DNA of 64,000 bases from NCBI GenBank assembly GCA_002269645.1, contig NIVC01002470.1:1-64000 (forward strand), written 5' to 3'. Numbering within the stretch: position 1 is the stretch's first letter; every line of letters starts with the position of its first letter. A program made the position numbers and the translations under genes. The notes below the pieces were generated by a model. It saw only the letters and a program-made list of their open reading frames with translations, ran no database searches and had not been told where the DNA came from. Shown here piece after piece: positions 23,120 through 53,600 of this stretch. Source of the DNA: Macrostomum lignano (lineage: Eukaryota).

Positions 23120-26100
23120 GCCATCATCTAACGCGACTTCTGCCTGTCGGGGGTGCGGCCTGTTGGCGAGTGGGACGTCCTGGTCGCCTGTTGGCTCGGG
23201 CAGGCCGGTTAGTTCATCCGGCCGGCTGTTCTGTCCGCTGTCGCGTTTCCCGGGGCCACTCGGCCACTCGCCTGGGAGACTCGCTTGACGTGGGTGGCGT
23301 GCCTGGAGCACCTCTGGCCGCCCCTCTGGAGCTGCAGGGTGTTGCCGTGGACTTTTGTCACAGTCCATGGCGAGACCTCAAAGAAGGGGTCGGTCTTGCT
23401 GCGGTTGGTGAGCCGGCGGAGTAAGCGGTCGCCTTCGGTGATCTGGTGGTCGGTGGCGCCCCTCTTGCTGTCGGCGAAGGCCTTCATCCGCTACTTGGCC
23501 CTGAAGTCGTGGTCGCGGACGGTCCGTCGCCTGGCATCAACCGGACGGGAGTGGCGCAAGCTGGGGATCGTGTCGTTGAGCTGTCGGCCGAATAGCAGGT
23601 CGGCTGAGGCCATGCCGGTTGCTGCGTGCGGTGTTCGCCGGTATGCAGCTAGGTAGTCGTCCAGTGCCACCTGCCAGTCGCTGCCTTCCAGGATCGCCGC
23701 TCTGATTGCCTTATTGAGGCCTCGGTTGCATCTCTCTACGAGTCCCTTGGCTTGGGGATGCAACGGCGTAGTCCGATGGTAGTGGACGCGCTGGCTGCTC
23801 AAGAAGGCGTTGAATTCTGCGGCCGAGAATGGCGGGCCGTTGTCAGTGGTGATCTTGACTGGCTGGCTGAATATGCTGAACCACTGGCGGAGGGTTCGGA
23901 TGACCGGAGCTGCCGCTGTCGACCCCGACATCGTCTGTACCAGTGGGAAACGTGAAAAGTAGTCGGTGCACACCAGCAGCATGTGGCCTCTGATCGGTCC
24001 CAGGAAGTCCAGGCCCAGCTCTAGCTACGGCCCCCACTCCAGCTTAGTCGGCTGGAGTGGGGCTGCCTTCAGTTCGGCTGTATTCGAGCAGGCCTTGCAG
24101 CTGAGGCAGGAGTTTACAAAGTTCTCGACGGAGGCCCGCATTGAGGGCCACCAGACCTTTGTCTGGAGGCGTGCCATTGTTTTCTGGACATCCAGGTGGC
24201 CTTGGTGCGCCAGCTGCAGGCAGCGGTAGCTCAGAATGGCGGGAACGACGATTCGGTGCCCTTTGAGCAGGAGTCCGTCGTGTTGTGAGAGCTCGTGCCG
24301 CAGGCCGTGCAGGCTGCGCGTGTCGTGGCTATCGAGTTGCCACCGATGGGACCGGAGCCTGGATACGGCGGCTTGGATCGCCTTGTCGCCTGCGGCGGCA
24401 ACCTCCTTGATCGTGTCGAGGCTGATGCTGTTCGGCGCTGCTGCCTGTGCTGTCAATGCGATGTAGGCCGTGTCGAGGTCCTCGCCCTCGTTGTTCGGCG
24501 GTGTTGGACGTGGCTGCAGGCGGCTCAGGACATCTGCCGGGTTGTCTGCGCCCGGCTGGTAGGTGACTTCGAAGTGGAGATCCTGCAGCCGAAGTGCCAT
24601 GCGCTCGATCCGCGGCGGGGGCCGCGAGCCGGGGCTGAGCAGGCTGACCAGCGGCTTGTGGTCGGTGATGACCTTGAACTTTGGGCAGCCGCTAAGGTAG
24701 TGGTGAAACTTGAGGCAGCCGAATTTTTGACGACCAGCGCCTCCCTCTCTGTCTGCGAGTAGCGCTGCTCGGTGTCACTGAGGCTGCGGCTGGCGTAGGC
24801 GATTGGCCTGGTGAGGCCGCCAGGTTGCACCTGGGCGAGGATCGCCCCGAGGCCGGTCGGGCTGGCGTCGACGATCAGCCTGGTCTCGCAGTTCTTGTTG
24901 AAGTAGGCAAGCGTCGTGCTGTGAGCGATCGACTGCTTGATTGACTGAAAGGCTGAGGCTTGCTGTGGACCCCACGACAATTTCACGCTCTTCTTGGTCA
25001 GCTCTCGAAGTGGCCTCGCTTTGTCGGCGAGGTTTGGGATGAAGCGGGCTACGAATGTGACGAGCCCGAGGAAGGACCGCACCTCCGTTGCATTTTCTGG
25101 TCGCTTGAAATTGGCCACAGCTTCCAGCTTTTCCTCGGTCGGTTGGATTCCGGCCGCCGAGAGGCGCATGGCCAGGAAGTCGGCCTGCTGGGTTGCAATG
25201 CGGCATTTGCGGGGGTTCAGAGTCACGTTGTGTTGGCACAGCCTGTCAAGGCAGTTGCGCAGCCTCTCGTTGTGCTCCTTTATGGTGCTGGCGAAGATAA
25301 TGATGTCGTCGTAGACCCACCGCACGCCTCTCAAACCGCTCAGGATAGATGTCATGACGCGCTCTAGGATTTCGGATGCTGAGGTAAATCCCATGCAAAG
25401 GCGCTTGAGGCGGAGCAGGCCCAGAGGCGTTGAGAAAGTGAGCAGCTGCCGGGACTCCTCGCTGACCTCGAACTGGTGGAAGGCCTTGGCAACGTCTAGT
25501 TCGGAGAAATAGGTGGAGCCGGCCATCTCGTCGGTGACTTCTTCGAATGTCGGTATTGGCTGTTTTTCTGGGATGACGTACTTATTCACGTCCCTCAGGT
25601 CCTGCGTGATGCGGATCTCGCCTGGCGAGGCCTTTGGAACGACCACCATGCGTGAACTCCAAGCGCTGGGCCCCGTCACTCGCTCCAGGATGCCGGCTGC
25701 TAGCTGGTCCTTCAGCTCCTTTTCCACGGCGGTTCGAAGATGCACCGGAACTCGAGACGGAGGGTGGCAGACAGGCACCGCTTCTTCCTTCAGCTGGATG
25801 CTGACTGAGACGCCCTTGACGCAGCCGATTCCTTGAAACCTGTCGCTGAACTCCTTCATGATCGATGACAGTCGCAGGTCTTGCGGAAGGTGCTGGTCGT
25901 TGACTGTTGGTGTCAGTCCGGCAGTGAGAGCTGTCTCGGCCTGCGGTCCGACCCTCAGCATCCCCATCTGCGTGCTTGTTTCGCGACCTAGAATTGTGAT
26001 GCAGTCTTCTCTGATGACGATGAAGCGCACTCTCTCCGAATTGCCGTTGATCTTCGTGTGCAGAGTGATCTGGCCGGCGGGTGTCAGGGGCCTCGCTGCT

Positions 26101-26447
26101 CCGAGAGGATAGACTCTTGTGTGCGTGGGCTGAAGCGCCCTCTGGGGTTCTCCCGTTAGACGAAGGGTCTGCTGGCTGAGCACGTTGCAGCTCGCGCCAC
26201 TGTCGATCAGGACGGATACGTTCGAGCCGTTGATGACCGCTTTGAAGGTGGCGCTTTTGCGGCTGGGGTCGAGGCTGGAGAATACCTCCAGACTGCTGGT
26301 TCCTCTGGCTCAGGCTCTACCATGTTGATGCGTGCGCGGCTGCTTAGGCACGCCTTCGCCAGGTGGTGCAGCTTTCCGCAGTTGCTGCAGCGCTTGCCTT
26401 GGGCTCGGTTGCATGTGCGTTGGCCGGGCTCTCCCGGTTCCATAAAA
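23120..26447 (-). mobile_element. Decayed Ty3/Gypsy gag-pol fragment (zinc knuckle, protease, RT, RNase H, integrase); several frameshifts, no LTRs seen
   Basis: CSNCGKLHHLAKAC (CCHC knuckle); LIDSGASCN protease (~26196-26204); RT with LCMG and YDD (~25305-25313); RNase H DAS...YSQTERE; integrase zinc finger HQGHL...CLSC, VCTDYFSRF, TTDNGPPF, GLVERCNR. The PR-RT-RH-IN order is the Gypsy arrangement. Confidence 0.92.
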
Positions 26448-26449
26448 AA

Positions 26450-29400
26450 AGTTCCATATTTTTTAGGCTCTTCGATCTGGTTAAAAGAGCGTAATATCAA
26501 AGAGAATACGGATCAATTTTATTCAGCAAGAATGGCGAAAGGTACAGCCTATAAGCTCATAAATTGAATGGACTAAAAACAATTTCTACAATGAGCTTAA
26601 AATCAACTAGCACTCGCGATACATGTACTTAGGGTCATCCATTAATATTGAACAGCAAAATATAACTGACTTGGAAAGACATCAAGGAGTGACTGCTTCC
26701 GATAAATTTGAAGTCGGTTTTTAACTTTAACTTTTCACTTTAAAGACGAGTCCATTAGATCGTTTGTTGCCGCGGTATTTTTGCGTACTACTTTTTGAAA
26801 CGCGATTATAAGAAAAACGACTTCCAATTTTTGATGTGCGAGAAGTCAATTTCAACATGCGCGATACGCTTTGAATACTTATAAGTTGATAATCAAATTA
26901 TATATTTCAGATTCTAAAAATCATCGTTTTAAGTTAGGCAGTTTCTTCTTTAATATAATAACGTTCGACTGAATCTAAAGTCAAGAAGAGCAGGGGTTTA
27001 AACTCACACATTTCTATTTTATTAGTGAAACTATTTTGAGTATTGACCTTTTTTATTTAATTTCTTCTAAGGTTTTCGCTGAAAAATGTCATGTCATGAC
27101 ACATCAGCTTTACTTTGGCATCCTGAATTTGGAGCCCAAATGCCAAATTGGCACCCATTCTCCAAACAAGGATGCTAATGCCATTTAATTTTAGTTTAAT
27201 ATAATTCAATATTTTTAGTCAATTTTTTATTGGAAGCATTAATAATTTTATACTTTTTGGGATTCTTTGGATTTCAAGACTTATAGTAATTTAAAAATTC
27301 ATGCACTCTGTCAAAAGTAGTTGATTAGAATAAGATATTTTTTAATAAAATTAAAAATCATACTTTATTTAGTTTTGTAATTGTTTACTAATGCCAATAG
27401 GGTCAGTGTGCAGTCATTTTGTATGCCATATTAAACTGCTAGCAAAAATATAATGTTTATAAAAATAAAATAAAAAAATTTAATATTTTGCTTAGACAAA
27501 ATGTGTTATATGGTACTTTCTTTAATAATAATATCCCCAATACTATCACCAGCACCAGCAGTTGTAGGGCTATTCTAATTCTTATTTTCTGGTTTCCTAA
27601 AGTGGCCACCAAAGTGGTTGCAGGTGTTGTGTTCTAATTAACACAGAGAGTTTCTTTGATTGAAGCTTTTGAGTTCAGAGATACACATCTCGCTCACAAT
27701 ATATTTATAGAGGTGAAACTCCTACTTGCACGTTGCATTGCCAAATCGATACGCAATCACCTACACATTCTAGTCTGAGTACAGTATACGCCCACGCATT
27801 CAATAAGGTCAATAGTTAATTGTCAGTGGTCAGTTCATTGTGCAAGCATTGTCAATCACAACAGCAGGGTTAAACTTCTCTCTATTAATTAATGTACTTT
27901 TGTATCAATGTATATATACTTATTGGTAGTGTGACTACTTCTCTATCTACTTCTATGTTAGTAGGATCTACTTATCTTATTGGTAGTATTTGTATATTCA
28001 TTTTACTCTTTGGCCTAAGCAGTCTAATGGCATTATCTATTCCTACTATCTCCCAGTCCTGGGCATTCTTGGGATCAGTGTCACAGCCTTATGCATTTTC
28101 CCTGCCCTGAGGCAATTTTCCTGCCCTGAGGCAATCTTACTACTCTATAGTGCTTTCCTGTGATTCTCATTCTTAATGGTTTCTGATACTCCCAAAAAGG
28201 GGCTTAATACTCTAGAAAATGAGTAAAGCTTTTGAATACTGCAATCTAGCAATTTAATATAGGAACAAATATATTCAGAGCAAGTTATTTAGCTCGTAGA
28301 ATTGTAACACGAAGGAAACAAGTTAACACGATTTATTTTTCTTGGCCTCTTTAGGCTCCTATTTATACTAAGATTTCTTACTGTTTCAAACAAATAATAA
28401 TTGCAAAAATATTTTTATAACTCATAACATTTAAACAAAAGATAAAAGATTTGTTTTTAGTGTGGATTCAAAATAGTTTTCTAAGAAATATAAAAATGAG
28501 TAAACTATAAGAACTATTATACAGTATTATACTATTATTAACGCACTATCTCCAATGATTATATTTATATCATTTTTGTAGACAAACAAAAGAGTGGCAA
28601 CTGTATTGCAAACAAACAAAATGATTATCAATGCCATTTTCCCATTTTTTTTAAATTATTTTTTTGGTATCTTGAATTTTTATCAAGGATGTTTTCTGAT
28701 CCTTTAATTGCACCTCTTCAAAATTCTGAATGTTTTAGAATTAAAATCTTAGGTTAAAAGCAAAACTAAAGTTTAGAAATAAATTATGTCATCTTATATT
28801 TTTGATTTATAACTTGAACTTAATTATTTAATTGGAAAATGGTTCTTGTAATAATAATCGTAATAGTATTTAAATATACTTAATTATTACTTTGATTAAA
28901 TACTTTTAATTAAGTACTTTAATTGTATATAATTATAATTAATAATTATATTATTTTTGTATCAAGTAACAAGCAAAATTTTACATAAATTATTATAAGG
29001 CATACGGAAAATCATATTTATATTATTTTGTTTATAGAATGTAAAATATTTTTTTGTATTCAAAAAGAATTAATTATTTTTTTTTCTAATTTGTTAATAT
29101 TATTTTATCTTGCAATCCCCTACCATTGTCCCTATGATAGTTGGTTGGGGCTTTTGTTATATGATCCCTAGTAACAATGGCTAACAATCTTTAAAATCAA
29201 AAATCATTGAGGAAGGCCTATACTAGATTTGACTTACATCTTTACAATTGGAGCCTATGTATTCATTTTCATTCTATGATCATTTAAATGGGGAGGTTAT
29301 ATGAAAATGATTGTAGGGTTGTAGGACAAAAGTGAGATATCTATTTTGGTCTATAATTATATCAATAGTCAAATTATAATATAAGGGATCATAGCATGAA

Positions 29401-29990
29401 AATAAAAAAATTGAACATATTAAACTGAAACATGCAGAAAAACAAACAAGACAGAAAGCAGGTATTAGATTTGAGTTATATCTTTACACATGAAGCCTAA
29501 ACAGGTATATTAAATAATCACTTTCATTCTGCAATCATTTAATTGGGGAGATTGTATGAAAATGATTGTACAAGCGTGGGACAAAAGTGAGGAAGATGTC
29601 TATTTCATTTTATGATCACCTCAATGGAAAAATTATATAGAGGAGATCATAGTGCAATTTAAGTAAATAGAATTAAATTTAGTTTGCAAACTAACAAATG
29701 TCATTCAGTCATTCCAGAGAAACAGAGTCCCAAGCAACATCAAAGCATTGAAACTGAATATATAGGCTATGTTCATGTTTGTTGTTCTAGCTTATTTTTT
29801 GTTTGTTTGTTAAATCTAAAATAGAAATTTACTATATTATTTAACTTTTTCTTTCTGTGTTACTCTGTCACAAATTTCTACTAGATCAAATATGGGTGCA
29901 GCATATTCCATTGGATCTCCAGTAGGCGTTCTTTGCAACCGTGTGAATTTATGGCAAAATCTACAGGGTATAGACTTGGTAGTAAGCAAG
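26450..29990. other. AT-rich island of unknown origin
   Basis: Sharp compositional step at both edges; no convincing ORF; contains a diverged direct repeat at about 29222-29652. Confidence 0.6.
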
Positions 29991-30088
29991 AACTTCTTAT
30001 TTGTTGATCAGGCTGCTGTTATGCTTTCATGCTACTGCTAGCACAGCGGCAGCAGCCACCAGCGCCGCCCTGACGGAATCGCAGCGCG

Positions 30089-47348
<17,260 letters not shown>

Positions 47349-48052
47349 AGTATTTGGACGATGCTTTGCGTTATTGTAGAGGCAGATTTTCATCTTAGCT
47401 GTTTGCGGTGCAGCGCTTCCCTAAGTTTGCTTGTAGAATTTGAATAGCAACCTGTGCCATTTTCCTGACAATCTGTCTATCTAATTATTGCTTCTAAAAG
47501 CAAAAGCAACATCGCGTCTTCCCGAGGTGTTAAGAAAGTATTGCAGTGCCCTATGGTATTCTATTGTCACCCTACTGGTATAAACTTCCCATTGCGAATT
47601 GCAATTAACCGCCGCAACGCTTTGTTTAACCTGTCTTAATCCTCTTGGAATTATCTGACAACAGACAATGGGAGCTCGCTTTTGATCGCTTATTTTATTT
47701 ATTATTCTCCAATGCTTAAATTTCTGTCAACTCTCAGCTTCCGCTGTTTTTTTCGGCTTTTGTCTCCGCCCATGCATACGAAGTTGTAATTGCATTAGCC
47801 AGCATGTTCAGCATGTTTAAATAAACTCCCCACTATTTTCACTGTGCGTCTTGTCAATGCTTTGTTATTTCGCTATTTCTGAGCTTCGAGTTTATCGGTC
47901 CAGCGATAGGCAGCTACACTACTGAAAGTAGTTGATTATATGAGCGCCTATCGCATTTCAGCTTGATGTCGCTTTAGCGCCAGTGTCGCAAAAACACTAA
48001 CAAAAATAGCTTTTTGCGCGCAATTTTTCGGGCGGCAAACATCAAACAAGAC

Positions 48053-50247
48053 ATGGCGACATCAAAGGCGCCGCCGGTATCAACAGCTGATGACGGAGAT
48101 GGCAGCGACAGCGACTGCCAGATCGTTGGCTGCACCCTGTCACCGCCGAAGAAGCAGCCCAGCCGGCAGAGCAGCTTGTTCGACTTCTTCGGCCCCAAGA
48201 GTGCCGGCTGCGGCGGCGGTGGAGAGACAGAGTCTGCTTCCAAAAAGAAGAATCGGCCTCAGCAGAAGCAGAAAGAGAACCGTCGCAAGAGAAGCCTCGA
48301 ATTCGACGATCTGGATCACTTCGCTAGCGGCAGCATTGAGCAGCGGAAGAAAGCGGAGGCTGAGGCGGATGCGGCGGCTGATGAAGATGACGAAGCGACG
48401 AGGGACTCCACGGCGGCGGATGCTGTTGAGCAGCCCTACTATGCCAGGTGGTTTGCCCACATTGTGTCCACGGTGAGTCATTGGCCCTGAGTCATTGTCC
48501 CTGAGTCATCGTCCTTTAGTCATTGGCCCTGACTCATTGTCCTTTAGTCATTGTCTCTGACTCATTGTCCTTTAGTCATTTACCCTGACTCATTGTCATT
48601 TAGTCATTGTCCCTGACTCATTGTCCTTTAGTCATTGTCCCTGACTCATTGTCCTTTAGTCATTGGCCCTGACTCATTGTCCTTTAGTCATTTGCCCTGA
48701 CTCATTGTCATTTAGTCATTGGCCCTGACTCATTGTCCTTTAGTCATTGTCCCTGACTCATTGTCCTTTAGTCATTTGCCCTGACTCATTGTCATTTAGT
48801 CATTGTCCCTGACTCATTGTCCTTTAGTCATTGTCCCTGACTCATCGTCCTTTAGTCATTGGCCCTGACTCATTGTCCTTTAGTCATTGGCCCTGACTCA
48901 TTGTCCTTTAGTCATTGGCCCTGACTCATCGTCCTTTAGTCATTGGCCCTGACTCATTGTCCTTTAGTCATTGGCCCTGACTCATTGTCCTTTAGTCATT
49001 GGCCCTGACTCATCGTCCTTTAGTCATTGGCCCTGACTCATTGTCCTTTAGTCATTGGCCCTGACTCATTGTCCTTTAGTCATTGGCCCTGACTCATTGT
49101 CCTTTAGTCATTGGCCCTGACTCATCGTCCTTTAGTCATTGGCCCTGACTCATTGTCCTTTAGTCATTGTCTCTGACTCATTGTCCTTTAGTCATTGGCC
49201 CTGACTCATTGTCCTTTAGTCATTGGCCCTGACTCATCGTCCTTTAGTCATTGGCCCTGACTCATTGTCCTTTAGTCATTGGCCCTGACTCATTGTCCTT
49301 TAGTCATTGGCCCTGACTCATTGTCCTTTAGTCATTGGCCCTGACTCATCGTCCTTTAGTCATTGGCCCTGACTCATTGTCCTTTAGTCATTGGCCCTGA
49401 CTCATTGTCCTTTAGTCATAGTCTCTGACTCATTGTCCTTTAGTCATTGTCTCTGACTCATTGTCCTTTAGTCATTGGCCCTGACTCATCGTCCTTTAGT
49501 CATTGTCTCTGACTCATTGTCCTTTAGTCATTGTCCTTTAGTCATTGTCATTTAGTCATTTATTCCTTTAGTAATTGGCTGGCCGGATGAAGTGTGTGCT
49601 AAATAGTTAGCTTTCAATCTGCGATTTGTGCAACACGCACGAGTCCGGGTGCTGATGGATCTGCATGCCTGTGATTTGTGCCTGCCCTGCGGCGCTGGCT
49701 CACGCATGCATCAATAAATATCGGCTCGAGAGCGAGTTCGAGTTCGAGACTGCTCTGAGCTGTTTTGTAATTTTTTGAAAATCTCTTTAAACATGGCTAC
49801 AAGCTGGTGTGAGCACCTTTTGCTTAGCTTGGTTGGTTTGGAGTGGCCTCGCCATCCGTTTCCGCTGCAACTGAATGGCGGACTGAGATGCCTGCGCACT
49901 TCATCACCTTCTGCTCCACTGATCAATAAGCGGCCCCGCTTTTGTTGTGGGAGGAGAAAGGAGGGAATAGGATGGATAGGAGAGCTGCATAGTGCGGCAG
50001 GCAGACACACTAAGACCTAGGACACAGGTACAGACACAAAAATACTAAGGCAAAGCATAAAACCACTGGGACAGTAGGAAGCTAAAATAATCTTTCAACA
50101 ATATCACTGAAGCAGGCTTAGTCTCGTGTCTTCACAGAACTTGTACATCAATTCCCATTACTTTTTTTACATCAGTTATATAGTTTCATAGTTACTTTGA
50201 TGTGACTTTAGTTACTTTAACCATGAAACTAAAGAACTAATGCACTA

Positions 50248-50304
<57 letters not shown>

Positions 50305-50311
50305 CTAAGGC

Positions 50312-50388
<77 letters not shown>

Positions 50389-50411
50389 CTAAGACAGACA
50401 GACAGACACTA

Positions 50412-50468
<57 letters not shown>

Positions 50469-50491
50469 CTAAGACAGACAGACAGACAGGC

Positions 50492-50547
<56 letters not shown>

Positions 50548-50599
50548 GGACAGAGACTGAGACAGACGGACAGACACTGAGACAGACGGACAGACACTG

Positions 50600-50631
<32 letters not shown>

Positions 50632-50665
50632 GGACAGAGACTGAGACAGACGGACAGACACTGAG

Positions 50666-50696
<31 letters not shown>

Positions 50697-53600
50697 CTAA
50701 GACAGACAGACACGAAGGCAGACGGAAGGCAGACATAGTATCTGACCAAGCCACACCAATCCTCTGTCCCCAGGTGTCGGAGGACGCCGACCTGGCCTTC
50801 TTGTTCTCGCCTGAGCAGCGCCACCTGCTGGCCGCCGCGGCTCGGCTTTCGCCGGAGAGGCCGGAGCTGCGCTTGCTGGCCCGCCTGCTGTGCCGGGCGC
50901 GCCGCTTCCACCGGCCCGGCCGGCTGCGCTACCCGGAGCTCGGCGCGCCGCCAGAGCTGGCTGCCGCGGGTCTCGCCGAGCTCGGCCTGGTCGAGAGCCT
51001 CGCCGAAGCGTCGCCGGCGCCGGAGCTCGCTGAACTGCTGTCGCTGTGCAGCTGCCCGGAGCTGATCGACGTTGCCAAGCGGCTCGGCGGCGGCGTCGCC
51101 AGCAGCCTCGTCGGGGCCGGGCGGCGGCGCGACGGCCTCACCCGGACACTGCTGCGGGCCAGCGCCAACTCGCTGTCTGGCGGGGCTTTCTGCTCAACGC
51201 CGCGGCCCGCCGCCGCATGCCGGGTGCGCCGCGCCGTCCTGGCCGCCATCGGGCCGGCGTGGCGGCTGCGACCGGCGGCTGCCGACCTGCTGGAGGCCGC
51301 CTTTCTGGCGTTCCACATCGAGCTGCACGATACGGAGGCCGCTAACGTGTTCCAGGTGTGGACTGATTTGAGAGCAGCATGAGAACTTTGCAACAGGTCT
51401 CCACTTGATCCCATTCGTTCCCAATTGATCTCATTCATTCCCAATTGATCCCATTTATTCCTAATTGATCCCATTCGTTCCCAATTGATCCCATTTATTC
51501 CTAATTGATCCCATTCGTTCCCAATTGATCTCATTCATTCCTAATTGATCCCATTCATTCCCAATTGATCCCATTTATTCCTAATTGATCCCATTCGTTC
51601 CCAATTGATCTCATTCATTCCTAATTGATCTCATTCATTCCCGATTGATCCCATTCATTCCCGATTGATCCCATTCATTCCCGATTGATCCCATTCATTC
51701 CCAGTTGATCCCATTCATTCCCAGTTGATCCCATTCATTCCCAATTGATCCCATTCATTCCCAATTGATCCCATTCATTCCCAGTTGATCCCATTCATTC
51801 CCAGTTGATCCCATTCATTCCCAGTTGATCCCATTCATTCCCGATTGATCCCATTCATTCCCAGTTGATCCCATTCATTCCCAGTTGATCCCATTCATTC
51901 CCAATTGATCCCATTCATTCCCAATTGATCCCATTCATTCCCAGTTGATCCCATTCATTCCCGATTGATCCCATTCATTCCCAGTTGATCCCATTCATTC
52001 CCAGTTGATCCCATTCATTCCCAGTTGATCCCATTCATTCCCAATACAACAGGTACTATCGATTTTCAATGTGTTTCATCCATTATTGATAGATCCCAAT
52101 GGTCCTCACTAGATCCCAATGGTCCTCACTAGATCCCAATGGTCCTCACTAGATCCCAATGGTCCTCACTAGATCCCAATGGTCCTCACTAGATCCCAAT
52201 GGTCCTCACTAGATCCCAATGGTCCTCACTAGATCCCAATGGTCCTCACTAGATTCCAATGGTCCTCACTAGATCCCAATGGTTCTCACTAGATGCCACA
52301 AAAAATACCAGTAGAACAACCAGCTCCATCAATTCTCTCGCCCAGGACCTGCTGTACCGCCTGCGCCGCATCGAGCTGGGCGCGGAGCCGGAGCCGCTGC
52401 CGGCCGAGCTGGTGCAGGGCAAGGCGACCGCCTACTGCAGCCTGTACCCGGACCCCGCAGCCCTGCTAGCCTACCTGGAGGCCGTGCGGCTCGAGCGCCG
52501 GCTTCGCGACCTGCAGCAGCGCCGCCAGTTCCTCCAGCTGGAGGACGCCTTCACTGAGGCCGGCTGGCCGGGCCGACTGCAGCGGGCCATCGACGGCAGC
52601 GACGGCGGGTGCCTTAGCTGCCTGGCCGAGTCCGTGCCGGTGCACCTGCGGCGCTTCACCGAGCTGGGTGCCGTGTTTCGCGCGGCCGACATTCGGGCGG
52701 CGACATTGGAACGGCTGCGGCGCTACCCGGAAGCGGTCAGGCAGTACAACCTGCTGCTGGGACCCGTGTGGCCATCCGATCAGGTTTTTCGCCCGGTTTT
52801 GCTCTGGCTTGCTATGTTTTTTGCCCCATTTCCAGGCGAAGAACATAAACCAGGCGAATTTATCCGGTTTTTCTCTGCCTTTCTAAACCAGGCGAAATTC
52901 CGGAGGAAAAACCGTACGAGTGCTCTGGTTTTTTACCCGGTCCTTCGCCAGGTTTGGAACCAGTTTAGTAACGCAGGCAAATCCGGAGTAAAAGCGGATG
53001 AAATAACAATTCCGCCTGGAATTTTGCCCGGTTCTTTCTCTGGTTCTTCGACCGGACAAGAGCCGGAGAAAAGAGCTGGTGAAAGCCTTTAATTCAGGAT
53101 TGGGTTGAAAATGGTATGGGAGACACAGTGTATAATTGACAATTGACATGAAGATTTTCTTGTAATTGTATGTCCTGTAATGTGCTCCTGTTTTGTTCTC
53201 TTGCAGTATTTTTTCCGCTCGTCTTTATATATACCATATGAGCGTCTTCGTATGTTACATTACGAGCGTAGTTCACGTAAACTGAGAATAAAAATATTGT
53301 CATTTTAATGCTGTCATCGCACACATTTCTGAAGGCTGCATGCTACTGTGGGATTCCAACATACTTTTGGCCAGTCAGAAGTGATTTTAAATTCCCGCAT
53401 TTATGCGCCTAGATGACTAGCGACTATGCGCCTACTGACTGTATTCTACAACATCTTTGGAATAAAAAAACAGAGGAGTATATTGATCTTGTAGGTGATT
53501 TGGAACAGTTTGATGAATTGCAAGATGGAACGTTACATATTTTGTATTAACACTGACAATTGTCTTACTTCTTCACTCTTCACGGTATCCGTTGACAGAA

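Noticed and set aside
27500-27870. Solo LTR (TGTTATA...ACAACA)
   Set aside because: No second copy, PBS or TSD could be identified
29222-29700. Protein-coding repeat under an alternative genetic code (stop-codon reassignment)
   Set aside because: Third-position-like substitutions fit frames on both strands equally, indels break the frame between copies, and the evidence is too thin
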